From an uncultured Acidimicrobiales bacterium (GTDB lineage Bacteria > Actinomycetota > Acidimicrobiia > Acidimicrobiales > VFJN01), in assembly GCA_963735375.1 (NCBI GenBank), contig CAVTKS010000005.1:256152-320151 (forward strand): DNA of 64,000 bases, read 5' to 3'. Position numbers and translations under genes: made by a program. Positions 1 through 13,021 of this stretch are shown here, piece after piece (within the stretch, counting starts at the first letter, position 1; every line of letters begins with the position of its first letter). The notes below the pieces were generated by a model that searched no databases, was not told where the DNA came from, and saw nothing but the letters and a program-made list of their open reading frames with translations.

Positions 1-672
1 CGTGACATGTCGTCGCGCTTTCTCGGAGAGTTCGTGACCGGTCAGTCCATCGGCCAGGTCGTGCTGATAGCGCTGAGTGCAATCTCGGGGCTCAGCGTGA
101 TCGGAGCAGTGCGCGCAACTCAAGTGTTCTATGGACCGCTCAACACGGTGCACCAGGGGATCTACCTAGCTCTCGTGCCGGAGGGGGCGCAGGCAGCGAG
201 CCCTGCCCGGCTGCGCCGTCTCATGGTCAAGGCGAGCGTGCTGCTCATGGCTGTTGCCGTCGTGTGGATGTGCATCGGACTCACGCTGCCTGACGCCTGG
301 GGCAGTTGGCTGTTCCGTGACACGTGGGGCCTGGCGGACGATCTCATGTTGCCGATGGGCCTCGCGATGATCGCTGGTAGCGCCTCCACTGGTGGGTTCG
401 CCGGCGTGCGCGCTCTCGGCGCCGCGCGCGAGAGTCTGCGCGCTCGGCTGCTCACGCTCGGTCCTCAGCTAGCTCTGCCGCTCGCTGGTGCTGCGATGGC
501 CGCGGGCACTGGGTTCGCTGTCGGATTCGGCCTCGCGAATGCTGCGTCCGCTGTCATCTGGTGGTCAGCCTTCGGTGCCGCTCTCGCCACGACGAACCGG
601 GCGAAGCTCTCCGAGCGCACGGAGATGGAACTGGCGATCGACGCATCGACGAGGTCAGCAGCCCCGATATGA
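1..672 (+). CDS. Polysaccharide biosynthesis flippase (Wzx/MOP family), C-terminal part; 5' end lies outside the window
   Basis: The reading frame is open back to base 1. The sequence is a multi-helix Ala/Gly/Leu-rich membrane protein typical of MOP-flippase C-termini. Its stop overlaps the next start by 4 bp (ATGA at 669-672). Confidence 0.6.
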   Translation, partial: RDMSSRFLGEFVTGQSIGQVVLIALSAISGLSVIGAVRATQVFYGPLNTVHQGIYLALVPEGAQAASPARLRRLMVKASVLLMAVAVVWMCIGLTLPDAWGSWLFRDTWGLADDLMLPMGLAMIAGSASTGGFAGVRALGAARESLRARLLTLGPQLALPLAGAAMAAGTGFAVGFGLANAASAVIWWSAFGAALATTNRAKLSERTEMELAIDASTRSAAPI

Positions 673-1814
673 CAGCCGATACGAGTGGCACAACGAACCA
701 ATCGAGAGAACCGGTCCGCATAGCGATCCTCTGGCAGCGACTGTCGGGTTACAGCCACGCCGCGTTCACAGCACTCGGTGCATTGGGCGCGGATGTCGTC
801 GTTCACCACCTGGCTGGGGAAGCGCACGCACCCTTCGACGAGGCGGCGATCACCCAGGGTCTGCGCACCCGCGCCTGGAGCGGCGTGCCCGATCCAGATG
901 AGGTCGAGGCGGCAATCGCTGAGTTCGATCCGCACGCCCTCCTTGTCTCGTCGTGGCACATCTCGGCGTACCGGCGAGCGGCCCGGCGACGCCGTGGACG
1001 TTCGCTCCGAGTTCTGTGCATGGACAACCAGTGGTGGGCCACGCCGAAGCAGGTGCTGGGGGTAGCCACCTCGCCGTTGCTGGTTCGGCCGGCCTACGAC
1101 GCGGCCTTCGTCCCGGGGGAGCAGTCCGCTGCGTTCGCACGGCGGCTCGGTTTCCCTGACGAGCGGATCATCCGGGGGATGTACTCCTGTGACCACAGTC
1201 GGTTCGACGGAGTAGCCGAACGTCGGGGTGACGAACTGCCGGCGTCAGCGTTCGTGTTCGTCGGGAGGCTCGTTGCGGAGAAGGGGGTTGACGTTCTTGC
1301 GGACGCGTACCGGGCGTACCGAGAGCTCGTCGACGATCCGTGGCCTCTTCTGGTGGGTGGCGTTGGCCCCGAGAGCGACAGGCTCGCTGGCATAGCGGGG
1401 GTCGACATGCTCGGCTTCGTCCAACCGCACGCGCTTCCAGATCTGCTCGCACGATCGGGCTGCCTCGTGCTGCCCAGCCGCTTTGAGCCGTGGGGTGTGG
1501 TTGTGCACGAGGCGACGTCCGCTGGGCTACCTGTCGTATGCACATCGGTGTGCGGCGCTGCCAGCAGGCTGGTTCTCGATGGCTACAACGGTGTGGTGGT
1601 GTCGCCTGGAGATGTGGGTGGATTGGCACGAGCGTTGGTGCGAATCTCCGGCGCGGCGGATGCCGAGAGGACGTCGATGTCTCGAGCCAGTCGATCACTC
1701 GCGCTGCAGTTCACCCCCGAGCGCTGGGCGAATCACGTTGCCAGGCGGGTGACCGAGCTTCGCGAGATCGTTGGGCTGTCACCGGTGATGCTGTCAGTCG
1801 ACTCAGACGCCTGA
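669..1814 (+). CDS. Glycosyltransferase, GT-B fold (GT4/GT1-type)
   Basis: Carries the C-terminal signature SRFEPWGVVVHEATSAGLPVVCTSVCGAASRLVLDGYNGVVV. The ATG at 669 was chosen because it overlaps the upstream stop (ATGA); the track ORF starts at 561. Confidence 0.85.
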   Translation: MTADTSGTTNQSREPVRIAILWQRLSGYSHAAFTALGALGADVVVHHLAGEAHAPFDEAAITQGLRTRAWSGVPDPDEVEAAIAEFDPHALLVSSWHISAYRRAARRRRGRSLRVLCMDNQWWATPKQVLGVATSPLLVRPAYDAAFVPGEQSAAFARRLGFPDERIIRGMYSCDHSRFDGVAERRGDELPASAFVFVGRLVAEKGVDVLADAYRAYRELVDDPWPLLVGGVGPESDRLAGIAGVDMLGFVQPHALPDLLARSGCLVLPSRFEPWGVVVHEATSAGLPVVCTSVCGAASRLVLDGYNGVVVSPGDVGGLARALVRISGAADAERTSMSRASRSLALQFTPERWANHVARRVTELREIVGLSPVMLSVDSDA

Positions 1815-3037
1815 GCGCTCAACTCTGCACGACGCACTGTCCAGAAGCATTGGATTATTGCGAAGGGAAGCCAAAAGTACCGGTTGAACATCATCGGCTG
1901 AAATAGCGCAAACACGACGGCTGTCACCGCGCTCCCAAACACGGCGGCGACATCAATGTGGATGCTGGTCGAGCGAGTATTGCGGAGAAGCTTCCATGCT
2001 TGTTGGAACGTGATCAGCAGCATTGCTAGAAGGGCCAGTGCCGCGATCAGCCCCGCTTCATAGAGGGCTTTCACGTACATGTTGTGAATTCCGGATCCCG
2101 ACCCTCTGAGTTGGTCCTGTGCGGTTAGATCCAGCCCATGGCCGACCACAAGGAGCTCGTCGAATTGATTGATGACTCGCTGGTTGAGTTCGCCGCGGGT
2201 GTCCACACTGTGGCTGACTGAGCTGTCACCTTCACCAAAGCGAGTCAGTCGTTCGACCACGGGAACATCGCTGCTGAACATCACCGACAAGGCGATACCC
2301 GCAATGACCATGACGCCCATCGCTTTGAGCGGGTGGATCATGCGACGTCCTGCGGATCGACGGGTGAGGGCCAAGCTGATCCCAGATGCAGTGACCCCGA
2401 TCGCTGCCGCAAACAGCGCACTCATAGAGCCCGTCGTCGCCAGAGCAAAGATCACCACCCCCATGGTGATCACCCAACGGATCCCTGGGTTCCGCTGCCC
2501 GCTCCGGGCAGCACGCGGCGCCGCCAGCACGAAGAGCGGCACCGCCACGGCGATATAGCCAGCTAGGTCATTTGGATGGCCGAACCATCCAGTTTGCCGG
2601 TTCTCAGGGTTCGCCCGACCTAGCTCCATGAGACCTGCGTTGGCGGCGAGCGCGCCAAGGCAGCTGATCATCACGCCCCATCGCCACGCGGTCATGAGCA
2701 GTGCTATCGCCCGCCGGTTGACGCTGAGACATCGCAGGATCCAGAACCAAAGCAGGGTGAGGTAGATCAGGCGGAGCACGACACCGGCAGAGGCCAGCGG
2801 ATACCACGATCTGAAGCTCGACACCGTCGCTAGGGCGAGCAACACCATCGTCGCCGCGAGTAGTCGTGGGGAGCTGCGCCGTGCGGTCGGCGACGAGAAG
2901 CTCGACACCCGGCCGGCCAGCATCATCAGCCAGATCAGGCCGGCGACGCCGAAGAACACAACGTCAGAGATCGGTAGGAACCCGATTCCGACGGTGTTGA
3001 ACCCGATGAGCGCGAGGCCGATCAGCGCCACGACCAT
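1733..3037 (-). CDS. O-antigen ligase/polymerase family membrane protein (Wzy-like)
   Basis: About 10 predicted helices with the WFGHPNDLAGYIAVAVPLF region typical of the O-antigen ligase/polymerase family. The track ORF extends to 3262, but that start would overlap the divergent wzz start. The internal ATG at 3037 sits just before the first helix. The start is uncertain. Confidence 0.65.
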   Translation of the reverse strand: MVVALIGLALIGFNTVGIGFLPISDVVFFGVAGLIWLMMLAGRVSSFSSPTARRSSPRLLAATMVLLALATVSSFRSWYPLASAGVVLRLIYLTLLWFWILRCLSVNRRAIALLMTAWRWGVMISCLGALAANAGLMELGRANPENRQTGWFGHPNDLAGYIAVAVPLFVLAAPRAARSGQRNPGIRWVITMGVVIFALATTGSMSALFAAAIGVTASGISLALTRRSAGRRMIHPLKAMGVMVIAGIALSVMFSSDVPVVERLTRFGEGDSSVSHSVDTRGELNQRVINQFDELLVVGHGLDLTAQDQLRGSGSGIHNMYVKALYEAGLIAALALLAMLLITFQQAWKLLRNTRSTSIHIDVAAVFGSAVTAVVFALFQPMMFNRYFWLPFAIIQCFWTVRRAELSAQASESTDSITGDSPTISRSSVTRLAT

Positions 3038-3260
3038 AGGCGTGGCGAGCTTCTCCCGGGGGAGCGCCTCCTGCCCGTCGATGGGGTTGGCCTGCGGGCG
3101 CGCCGATCGCGCAGCCCCAACGTCGTCGACGTGATCGCTGCCACCGGGTGAGATGGGTCGCGGCTGCCCAGAGATGACCGCGAAAGTAACAGCACAGGTG
3201 GCAGGCAGCCGAAGCGGCGAGTCGGTGCGTCGAGTCCCTTGGGGATAACATCTCCGGTCC

Positions 3261-5006
3261 ATGGACCAGCCGCTCGACGAGCCAGACCTTCGGTCCTATC
3301 TGGGGATCATTGCCCGCCGCCGTTGGCTGGTGATCCTGACGACGGTGGCCTTCGTCGGCGTGGCCGTCGCCGCGTCTCTGATTCCGGAGCCGACCTACCG
3401 GGTCCGCGCCCAGGTCGCGACCACGGGCTCGAACGACCCCATCGCGATGGTCTTCGGAGCGAACGACTCAGTCGACCTCGAGCGCCAGGCGTCAAGCCAG
3501 TTCGCGTTCATCGGATCAGCCACCATGAAAGGCCACGTCGCCCGCGCCTACAACGGGACGCTCCCGGACGGAGAGGTCTGGCGAGTCACCACGGCAGAGG
3601 TGTCGCGTGGTGACGCAACGAAGACCAGCGGCATCGTCGAACTCTCGCTGCTGTCGTCCGACCCCGCAGCGGCGACGGACCTCGTCAACGTGTACGCGGA
3701 CACTTACGTCGAGGTCCGCAGGGCTGACGACCAGGAGATGCTGCTCACCACGAAGCAGCGCCTGCAGGGGTTGCTGAGCGAGGTCGAGGGCGAGATCGCC
3801 GAGGTACGGGCCCCGCTGGAGGAGATCGATGCCCGCATCGCAGCCGGCGACGGCGATCCGACCTTCTTGAGGTTGGAGCGCGACAACAAGGCGGCTGACC
3901 TGGATCCCGTGCTCGAGCCGCTTCTGGCCGAGGCGTCAGGCATTCGCACGGAGCTCGGTGATCTGAACCTCGGTGTGGAGCTGGCGACAGGCGGCGGTGC
4001 CGAGGTCATCGGTTATGCGTGGGTTCCCGACGTGCCGGTCAGCCCGAACGTACCCCTCAACCTGGCGATCGGCCTCGTGTTCGGCCTCTTCCTGGGTGCG
4101 GCGTTCGCCTTCATCCGCGACTACTTCGACGACTCGGTGAAGACCAAGGAGATGGTCGATCGCGTCACTGGCGTGTCGACATTGGGGCTCATCCCCAAGC
4201 TCGAGGGCGGCACCGACCTCGTCACCGTCACGCACCCGTCGGCGCCGGCGGCCGAGGCGTTCCGCCTGCTGCGCACGTCGGTCAAGTTCCTGGGCGTCGA
4301 GCGACAGGTACGTGTCGTCCAGGTCACCAGCCCGTCGCCCGGCGAGGGCAAGACCATGGTGGCGGTCAACCTGGCCGTCGCGTTCGCGCAGTCCGGCGAC
4401 CGGGTCGTGCTCGTCGGCGGCGACCTGCGTCGCCCGCGCATGGAAGAGGTCGTCGACGTCCCTCTCACGCCGGGCCTCACGGCGGTGCTCATCGGCGACG
4501 TGACGCTGCCGCAGGCGATCCAGTCGGCGCCGGCGGTGCCCAACCTGTCGGTTCTCCCGGCCGGGTACCCGCCGCCCAACCCGTCCGAGCTGCTCAGTGG
4601 CGAGCGTGCCCGCCGACTGATGGACGTCCTCGGGCAGACGTACGACGTGGTCGTCATCGACTGCCCGCCGGTGCTGCCAGTGACCGACTCGCTGGTGATC
4701 GCCCGCATGGCCGACACCACCCTGCTGGTCACGTCGGCCAACAAGACGTCCAAGCGCAGCCTGACCCGCGCCGTCGAGCTGCTCCGGCAGGTCGATGCCC
4801 CGCTCGTCGGCACGGTCCTCAACAGCCTGTCGGCCGACGAGACGTTCAGCGGCGAGCCGTATCGCTACGAGACGGTGTCCAAGCCGGCCGCTCGGCAGGG
4901 CGGTCGTCGCGGCCAGGAGAACAACGGCAAGGCTCGTCGACGGGACGACGAGGGCGATCCCGACGCCGAATGGGATCCTGTCGGCCCACCCCAGGCCAGG
5001 AGCTGA
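3261..5006 (+). CDS. Polysaccharide co-polymerase (Wzz domain) fused to a BY-kinase tyrosine autokinase
   Basis: N-terminal TM segment plus a coiled-coil periplasmic region. Walker A is SPSPGEGKTMVAVNLA, Walker A' is VVLVGGDLRRP and Walker B is VVVIDCPPVLPVTDS. The C-terminus carries PYRY tyrosines. Confidence 0.85.
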   Translation: MDQPLDEPDLRSYLGIIARRRWLVILTTVAFVGVAVAASLIPEPTYRVRAQVATTGSNDPIAMVFGANDSVDLERQASSQFAFIGSATMKGHVARAYNGTLPDGEVWRVTTAEVSRGDATKTSGIVELSLLSSDPAAATDLVNVYADTYVEVRRADDQEMLLTTKQRLQGLLSEVEGEIAEVRAPLEEIDARIAAGDGDPTFLRLERDNKAADLDPVLEPLLAEASGIRTELGDLNLGVELATGGGAEVIGYAWVPDVPVSPNVPLNLAIGLVFGLFLGAAFAFIRDYFDDSVKTKEMVDRVTGVSTLGLIPKLEGGTDLVTVTHPSAPAAEAFRLLRTSVKFLGVERQVRVVQVTSPSPGEGKTMVAVNLAVAFAQSGDRVVLVGGDLRRPRMEEVVDVPLTPGLTAVLIGDVTLPQAIQSAPAVPNLSVLPAGYPPPNPSELLSGERARRLMDVLGQTYDVVVIDCPPVLPVTDSLVIARMADTTLLVTSANKTSKRSLTRAVELLRQVDAPLVGTVLNSLSADETFSGEPYRYETVSKPAARQGGRRGQENNGKARRRDDEGDPDAEWDPVGPPQARS

Positions 5007-5051
5007 CCGCTCCAACTTAAGCGCGCAGGTATCAACTTTCCTGAGCGGGGG

Positions 5052-5057
5052 TATCCT
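5052..5057 (+). promoter_or_regulatory. Candidate -10 hexamer TATCCT exactly 6 nt upstream of the clpB ATG (leaderless-type promoter)
   Basis: The sequence reads TATCCT-GCTCTC-ATG. The same 10-mer TATCCTGCTC precedes the purL start at 18288. Confidence 0.4.
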
Positions 5058-5063
5058 GCTCTC

Positions 5064-7544
<2,481 letters not shown>

Positions 7545-7619
7545 CGGGAAGGTAGATTCAAGCTCGGCCTGCCGCCGGTCACGTCGAAGGGTCGCTCATC
7601 TCGCCCGGCTCAAGCGGCC

Positions 7620-8675
7620 TCATGGCGCGCCGTGGGTCCGGCCTACGGCGGGGAGGCGCCGTCCCGACTCGTTCGGCTGCCTGGTGACGATCTCCTCGGG
7701 ATACCCGAACTCGTCGAGCAAGCTGGCCGTCGCCGCCAGAACAGCGGTTGGGACAGGGACATGAATGTCGTTGTGTCGGTGGAACTCTGCGTCTGACAGC
7801 GAGGCCCGCCGCGCTTGATCGGCCGAACCGCGCGCGTCGACGAAACCCTGCGAGGCCTTTTGGTTGTAGCCCTCACGACTTCGGTAGATGTAGTGGTTGA
7901 GCACGAGGCGAGGCTTGCGATCAGGCGTCACGAACGAGCCATAGACTCGGCGGCCACCTGCCGTTCGTGCGAGACCGCCGCGGCGGTAATAGAGGTTGTG
8001 AGAGTTGCGATAGGCGCGGACCATGGCGGGGCGGGCGAGCACCTTGACGTGGTAGCACGGCTCGGCATCCGCGCGGTCGAACGCCTCGGTGATGAGCCCC
8101 GTCGGTACGACCTCGTGCCCGGAGCTCCCGTAGTAGCGCCAGTTCACGCCGACCGCCGGCCAGCGACCCGCCGATCGCAGGGTCTCGAGAAGGGCCCCGG
8201 GGGAAGCCTCTACGAGGAATTCGTCGGCATCGAAGAACGCCACCCACTCATTGGCGCGACCGAAGCGCGTGAGAAAGTCGATGTTGCTCGACGGGGACGC
8301 GGGAATCGTCGGCCACGGGATGTACGTGACGAGCCCTCGCTCGACGAACGGTGCGATCACACGGTCGATCGCGTCGGTGCTGTTGTTGTCGTAGACGTAG
8401 ACGTGCTCGATGCCGAGGTTCAGGTGATGGGCGAGCCACTCGGGCAGGAAGCGCGCCTCGTCCTTGACGCGGATCATGGCCGCGAGAAAGTGCGTGTCCG
8501 ACGGGCCAGACACGTCGTCGCATTTGATATGGCCCGCGACAGGGCTGGCGTAGTAGGCGTTCTGCACCGTGAACAGGGCAGCCCGAAGCAGTCGATTGCG
8601 CTTGACGTACGCCCGCAGCGACCCCATCGGCCCACCTCTCGTTCGTTTCCCGTACTGTCGCCGCGACCCAGCCAA
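7620..8675 (-). CDS. Glycosyltransferase (GT2/GT92-like, DUF23-type)
   Basis: Contains the [26 protein letters not shown] motif and a DxD-like FFDADEF. An alternative start at 8627 (MGSLRAYV) is possible. Confidence 0.7.
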   Translation of the reverse strand: MAGSRRQYGKRTRGGPMGSLRAYVKRNRLLRAALFTVQNAYYASPVAGHIKCDDVSGPSDTHFLAAMIRVKDEARFLPEWLAHHLNLGIEHVYVYDNNSTDAIDRVIAPFVERGLVTYIPWPTIPASPSSNIDFLTRFGRANEWVAFFDADEFLVEASPGALLETLRSAGRWPAVGVNWRYYGSSGHEVVPTGLITEAFDRADAEPCYHVKVLARPAMVRAYRNSHNLYYRRGGLARTAGGRRVYGSFVTPDRKPRLVLNHYIYRSREGYNQKASQGFVDARGSADQARRASLSDAEFHRHNDIHVPVPTAVLAATASLLDEFGYPEEIVTRQPNESGRRLPAVGRTHGAP

Positions 8676-8866
8676 CTCGACGACCGGCGGGAGCGAGGAT
8701 ACTTCAGCTTCCCGGCCACGAGCGTGCCGAGACCTCTAGCCGCGAGCCGCGCGTCGGGGTCGGACTACGTCTGTTCGTAGCCAGCAGATCTCCCGACTTG
8801 GCCGGGGCCGGCGGGAGGGCGGCTAGCCTCGACAGGCCCCGTTCACGCGAGTGCCAGGAGAGCGAC

Positions 8867-10147
8867 GTGCCGGCGACCATCGTGGTCGGAACCCAGTGGG
8901 GCGACGAGGGCAAGGGCAAGTTCACCGACCTCTTCGCCAAGGAGATGCACCTCGTCGTCCGCTACCAGGGCGGGCACAACGCGGGGCACACGCTCGTCGT
9001 CGACGGCGAGACGTTCGCGCTGCAGCTCGTCCCGTCGGGCGTGCTGTACGACCACATCGTCCCCGTCATCGGCAACGGCGTGGTCGTCGACCCCCAGGTC
9101 CTGCTCGACGAGATCGACATGCTCGAGCGCCGCGGCAAGAGCTGTGATCGGTTGAAGGTGTCGTCCAGCGCTCACCTGATCCTGCCGTACCACCAGCTCA
9201 TGGACCGGGTGACCGAGCGCCACCTCGGTAAGAACAAGCTGGGCACCACCAAGCGGGGCATCGGCCCGGCGTATGCCGACAAGGCCGCCAGGGTGGGTCT
9301 GCGCGTGCAGGACATGTACGACGCCAAGATCTTCCGGCAGAAGCTCGAGGTCGTGCTCAAGGACAAGGGCCAGCTGCTCGCCAAGGTGTACAACCAGCTC
9401 GCCCCCACGGTCGACGAGATCTGCGACCTCTACCTGGGAGAGCTAGCCCCCCGGGTCGAGCCGTACGTGGCCGACACGGTCAATCTCGTCCACGAGGCGC
9501 TCGAGATGAACCAGAACGTGCTGTTCGAGGGCGCGCAGGCCACGTTCCTCGACCTCGACCACGGCACCTATCCCTACGTCACGTCGTCCAATCCGGTGGC
9601 GGGCGGGGCGTGCACCGGCGCGGGAGTCGGGCCCCGCTACATCGACAGCGTCGTCGGGATCGCCAAGGCGTACGTCACACGGGTCGGGTCGGGGCCGTTC
9701 GTCACCGAGCTGTTCGACGACGTGGGCGACGCTCTGGTCGACCGTGGCCACGAGTACGGCACCAACACGGGTCGCCGCCGCCGGGCCGGCTGGTTCGACG
9801 CCGTGATGCTGCGGCACGCGGTCCGGCTCAACTCGCTGTCCGAGATCTCGTTGACGAAGCTCGACGTCCTCGACGCCTTCGACACGGTCAAGGTGTGCGT
9901 GGCGTACGAGGCCGACGGGCGCCGCTTCGACAGGTTCCCTGACGACCAGTCGCTGCTGCACAAGGCGACACCGGTGTACGAGGAGCTGCCCGGCTGGTCG
10001 ACCGACCTGTCGGCGGCCACCGAGCCGGGGGCGCTGCCCGACAACGCGGCCGACTACATCGCCTTCCTCGAGGACCAGGTGGGTGTGCCCATCCGGCTCG
10101 TGGGTGTCGGCCCCGGGCGCGACCAGTACGTGCAGCGCAAGCCGTAG
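8867..10147 (+). CDS. purA: Adenylosuccinate synthase
   Basis: Contains [14 protein letters not shown] (P-loop). The GTG at 8867 is preceded by AGGAGAG; the track ORF starts at 8798. Confidence 0.95.
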   Translation: MPATIVVGTQWGDEGKGKFTDLFAKEMHLVVRYQGGHNAGHTLVVDGETFALQLVPSGVLYDHIVPVIGNGVVVDPQVLLDEIDMLERRGKSCDRLKVSSSAHLILPYHQLMDRVTERHLGKNKLGTTKRGIGPAYADKAARVGLRVQDMYDAKIFRQKLEVVLKDKGQLLAKVYNQLAPTVDEICDLYLGELAPRVEPYVADTVNLVHEALEMNQNVLFEGAQATFLDLDHGTYPYVTSSNPVAGGACTGAGVGPRYIDSVVGIAKAYVTRVGSGPFVTELFDDVGDALVDRGHEYGTNTGRRRRAGWFDAVMLRHAVRLNSLSEISLTKLDVLDAFDTVKVCVAYEADGRRFDRFPDDQSLLHKATPVYEELPGWSTDLSAATEPGALPDNAADYIAFLEDQVGVPIRLVGVGPGRDQYVQRKP

Positions 10148-10159
10148 GCGGAGGTGGCC

Positions 10160-11383
10160 GTGAGGGTCTGTGTCATCGGGTCGGGCGGCCGCGAGCACGC
10201 GCTCGCCCACGTGCTCGCCCGCACGGCCGACGTGGTCGTGACCCCGGGCAGCCCGGGCATCCCCGGCTCGGTGCCGACACCGCCCGCAGAGATCGACGCG
10301 GACCTCTACGTCGTCGGCCCCGAGGCCCCGCTGGTGGCGGGGCTGGCCGACGAGCTGCGCGTGGCCGGCAGGCTGGTGTTCGGCCCCGGCGCCGACGGGG
10401 CGTGGCTCGAGGGCTCGAAGGCGTGGATGAAAGAGGTGGTCCAGGCCGCCGGTGTGCCGACCGCCCGCTACGCCGCTTTCACCGAGGTCGACCCGGCCGT
10501 CGAGTTCCTGCGCTCGTTGCCGGGGCCCTGGGTCACCAAGACGGACGGCCTGGCGGCGGGCAAGGGCGTGCTGGTCGCGACCTCGCTCGACGAGGCCGTC
10601 GCCGACGTGCGAGCCAAGCTCGCGGGCGAGGCGTTCGGCGACGCCGGCCGCACCGTCGTCGTCGAGGAGGGCATGTCCGGTCCCGAGTTGTCGCTGCTGG
10701 CGGTGTGCGACGGCTCCCGTGCCGTCGCGCTGGCGCCGGCGCAGGACTTCAAGCGGGTCGGCGACGGCGACGTCGGCCCCAACACCGGGGGCATGGGCGC
10801 CTTCTCGCCGGTGCCGGGCGTCGACGACGCGCTCGTCGACGACGTGATGCGCCGGTTCGTGGAGCCCACGCTGGCCGAGCTGCGGCGCCGGGGCATCGAC
10901 TACCGCGGTGTGCTCTACGCCGGCCTGATGCTCACGCCCGACGGGCCCAAGCTGGTCGAGTACAACGTCCGCTTCGGTGACCCCGAGGCGCAGGTGGTGC
11001 TGCCCCGCCTCACGACCGACCTCGCCGAGCTCCTGGCGGCCGCAGCCGCCGGCGACCTGACCAAGGCGCCGACGCCGGCCTTCTCGGCCGACGCCTGCGT
11101 GACCGTCGTGCTGGCCACCGAGGGCTACCCGGCGTCGCCTCGCACCGGCGACGTGATCGACGGCATCGCTGCCGCAGAAGCCGCAGGCGCCACCGTGTTC
11201 TGCGCCGGGGTCGCGCGGAGCAATACCGGCGGCCTGGTCACCGCCGGCGGCCGGGTGATGGCCGTCACCGGCACGGGCGCCACCGTCGCCGACGCCCGCG
11301 ACCACGCCTACCGGGCCGCGGCGCTGATCTCATGGCCCGGCCAACACCACCGTTCCGACATCGCACTGGAGGCTTCACGCTGA
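10160..11383 (+). CDS. purD: Phosphoribosylamine-glycine ligase
   Basis: Contains [17 protein letters not shown] and an ATP-grasp body. The GTG at 10160 follows GGAGGTGG; the track start is 10154. Confidence 0.95.
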   Translation: MRVCVIGSGGREHALAHVLARTADVVVTPGSPGIPGSVPTPPAEIDADLYVVGPEAPLVAGLADELRVAGRLVFGPGADGAWLEGSKAWMKEVVQAAGVPTARYAAFTEVDPAVEFLRSLPGPWVTKTDGLAAGKGVLVATSLDEAVADVRAKLAGEAFGDAGRTVVVEEGMSGPELSLLAVCDGSRAVALAPAQDFKRVGDGDVGPNTGGMGAFSPVPGVDDALVDDVMRRFVEPTLAELRRRGIDYRGVLYAGLMLTPDGPKLVEYNVRFGDPEAQVVLPRLTTDLAELLAAAAAGDLTKAPTPAFSADACVTVVLATEGYPASPRTGDVIDGIAAAEAAGATVFCAGVARSNTGGLVTAGGRVMAVTGTGATVADARDHAYRAAALISWPGQHHRSDIALEASR

Positions 11384-11847
11384 TGGCTCGCAAGAAGGTC
11401 GCCGTCCTCATGGGATCGGCGAGCGACAAGGACAGGATGGCGCCCGCCGGCGACACGCTGGCCCGCTACGGAATCGAGGCCGACGTGCGCATCATGTCGG
11501 CCCACCGCACCCCGTCCGTGGTGGCCGAGTTCGCGTCGTCGGCCCGCGACAACGGATACGCGGCAATCATCTGCGGCGCGGGCATGGCGGCCCACCTGGC
11601 CGGCGCGGTGGCCGGGCACACGACGCTGCCCGTCATCGGGGTGCCCCTGTCGGGCGGGGCGCTCAACGGCGTCGACGCGCTGTACGCCACGGTGCAGATG
11701 CCCAAGGGCATCCCGGTGGCGACGGTGGCGGTCGACGGCGCGATGAACGCGGCCCTGCTGGCCGTGCAGATGCTGGCCATCGACGACGCCGATCTGGTCG
11801 ACGAACTGGTCCGCCACCGCGACGAGATGGCGCCCAAGCCGGCCTGA
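11383..11847 (+). CDS. purE: 5-(carboxyamino)imidazole ribonucleotide mutase
   Basis: Contains [19 protein letters not shown] and [10 protein letters not shown]. The start overlaps the purD stop (TGATG). Confidence 0.95.
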   Translation: MARKKVAVLMGSASDKDRMAPAGDTLARYGIEADVRIMSAHRTPSVVAEFASSARDNGYAAIICGAGMAAHLAGAVAGHTTLPVIGVPLSGGALNGVDALYATVQMPKGIPVATVAVDGAMNAALLAVQMLAIDDADLVDELVRHRDEMAPKPA

Positions 11848-11869
11848 CCCACCGGCCCGCCCACGTCGG

Positions 11870-12362
11870 TCAGGCGAGGGCTGCACGGACGTCGACAAGC
11901 GTGATGCGCGTCGTCAGCTTCAGCACGCCGGCGGAGCGCGGCCGCATAGCCGGACTTCGAGAAGAGCACGATCCTCATGTCGGACGCGATGCGCAGGCCT
12001 GCCTGTCGCAGCGCTGGCACCTTGTAGTCGTCGAGCTCGGAGACGATCGACGCATCCAGCGTCCGTCCTGTCCACTTCGCCTCGCCGACCAACGTGACTC
12101 TCCCCCGGGCGGTGCCGACGATGTCGATCTCCTCGCTCGAGCGTTCACCTCGTCGGCGCAGCGAGTTGAGCGACGGGCCCCACCATGCGCCGACCCGGGT
12201 GGCGGACCGACCGAGGTTGGCGCGCACCCATGCCCGGCACCAATCCTCGAAGACGGGAGCGACATGGGCGGCGATCGCCGGCGAGACCTCCGACTGGAAC
12301 AGGTCGTCGCCGCTGAGGCCGGTCTCGAGGTCGATGTGCTCTAGCCCGCTGGGCTCGCTCAC
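11870..12362 (-). CDS. Stand-alone DUF234-type domain protein (PD-(D/E)xK-like) with the frame disrupted near the 3' end
   Basis: Matches the C-terminal module of archaeal-type ATPase/DUF234 proteins ([16 protein letters not shown]...[19 protein letters not shown]). As written the ORF runs on to 11466, antisense through purE. A one-base shift at about 11905-11912 instead gives [12 protein letters not shown]-stop at 11870, 22 nt from the purE stop. The GTG start overlaps the upstream stop by 4 bp. Confidence 0.6.
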
Positions 12363-13021
12363 GAACTACCCGGATGCACCGGGTCGCCGCGCTCCAGGGC
12401 CATCGCCAGCCACGCACCAAACCGCTTGAGCCCGGCGACGTTCGAGTCGACCGGCCACTCGGGGTCGGGACGGGCGACGACGAGGCGGATCATCTCGGCC
12501 AGGACGGGCCGACTGAACCCGCTGTCCTTGATGGCGGCGTCGGTGAGCATCGCCTCGAGGTCGAAGTGCTGGGCGAGCGCGTGGACATCGGCCAGGTCGC
12601 GAGTCTGCACGCGACCGAACAGGGCCACGACCTTGTTGGCGGCCAACTCTCGTGGAGACAGCGTCGGGCCGAGGGAAGTCGTTGTGGTGGGCCACACGAT
12701 GGCGTCTCGGCCGAGGTCGACCTCGAACTGGCTGCGGCGCGCTCGGCCGGCGGTCACAGTCATCGACACAAAGCCGGACGAGCGGCGGGAGACGACGACG
12801 TCGAAGCCCGCCGCTCGCAGCGCGTCCGCCACCGCATCGCCCGCCCTCGCGACGTCGACCTTCTCAGCTGTGAACGCGTCGATGTCGCGTGTCGGTCGTG
12901 GCGACAGGTTCGAGGCGACCAGAGCCGCACCACCAGCGAGGTGGAAGCCCCAGCGGCGGGTCGTGGCGAGCACGATCGTGGCGACGCGGCGCTGGACCCG
13001 TGTGAGCCCACTTGTTCTCAC
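12359..13021 (-). CDS. Nucleotidyltransferase toxin, AbiEii/AbiGii (DUF1814, MenT-like) family
   Basis: NTase motif [25 protein letters not shown] and the later [20 protein letters not shown] motif. The GTG at 13021 overlaps the upstream stop (GTGA). The track ORF extends to 13309 in Arg/Pro-rich junk. Confidence 0.8.
   Translation of the reverse strand: MRTSGLTRVQRRVATIVLATTRRWGFHLAGGAALVASNLSPRPTRDIDAFTAEKVDVARAGDAVADALRAAGFDVVVSRRSSGFVSMTVTAGRARRSQFEVDLGRDAIVWPTTTTSLGPTLSPRELAANKVVALFGRVQTRDLADVHALAQHFDLEAMLTDAAIKDSGFSRPVLAEMIRLVVARPDPEWPVDSNVAGLKRFGAWLAMALERGDPVHPGSS

Noticed and set aside
5007-5063. An HspR-type HAIR (CTTGAGT-N7-ACTCAAG) or CIRCE element upstream of clpB.
   Set aside because: Only a lone CTTAAG palindrome and an AACTT direct repeat are present. 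There is no matching inverted half-site, so no heat-shock operator can be supported.
11383-11847. Absence of purK next to purE as evidence for a class II (PurK-independent) PurE.
   Set aside because: The PurE class cannot be judged reliably from motifs by eye, and purK may simply lie outside the window.
11466-11869. The extension of the DUF234 ORF across purE on the opposite strand.
   Set aside because: The tail is compositionally abnormal and fully antisense to purE. A one-base shift gives a family-typical C-terminus and a stop at 11870.
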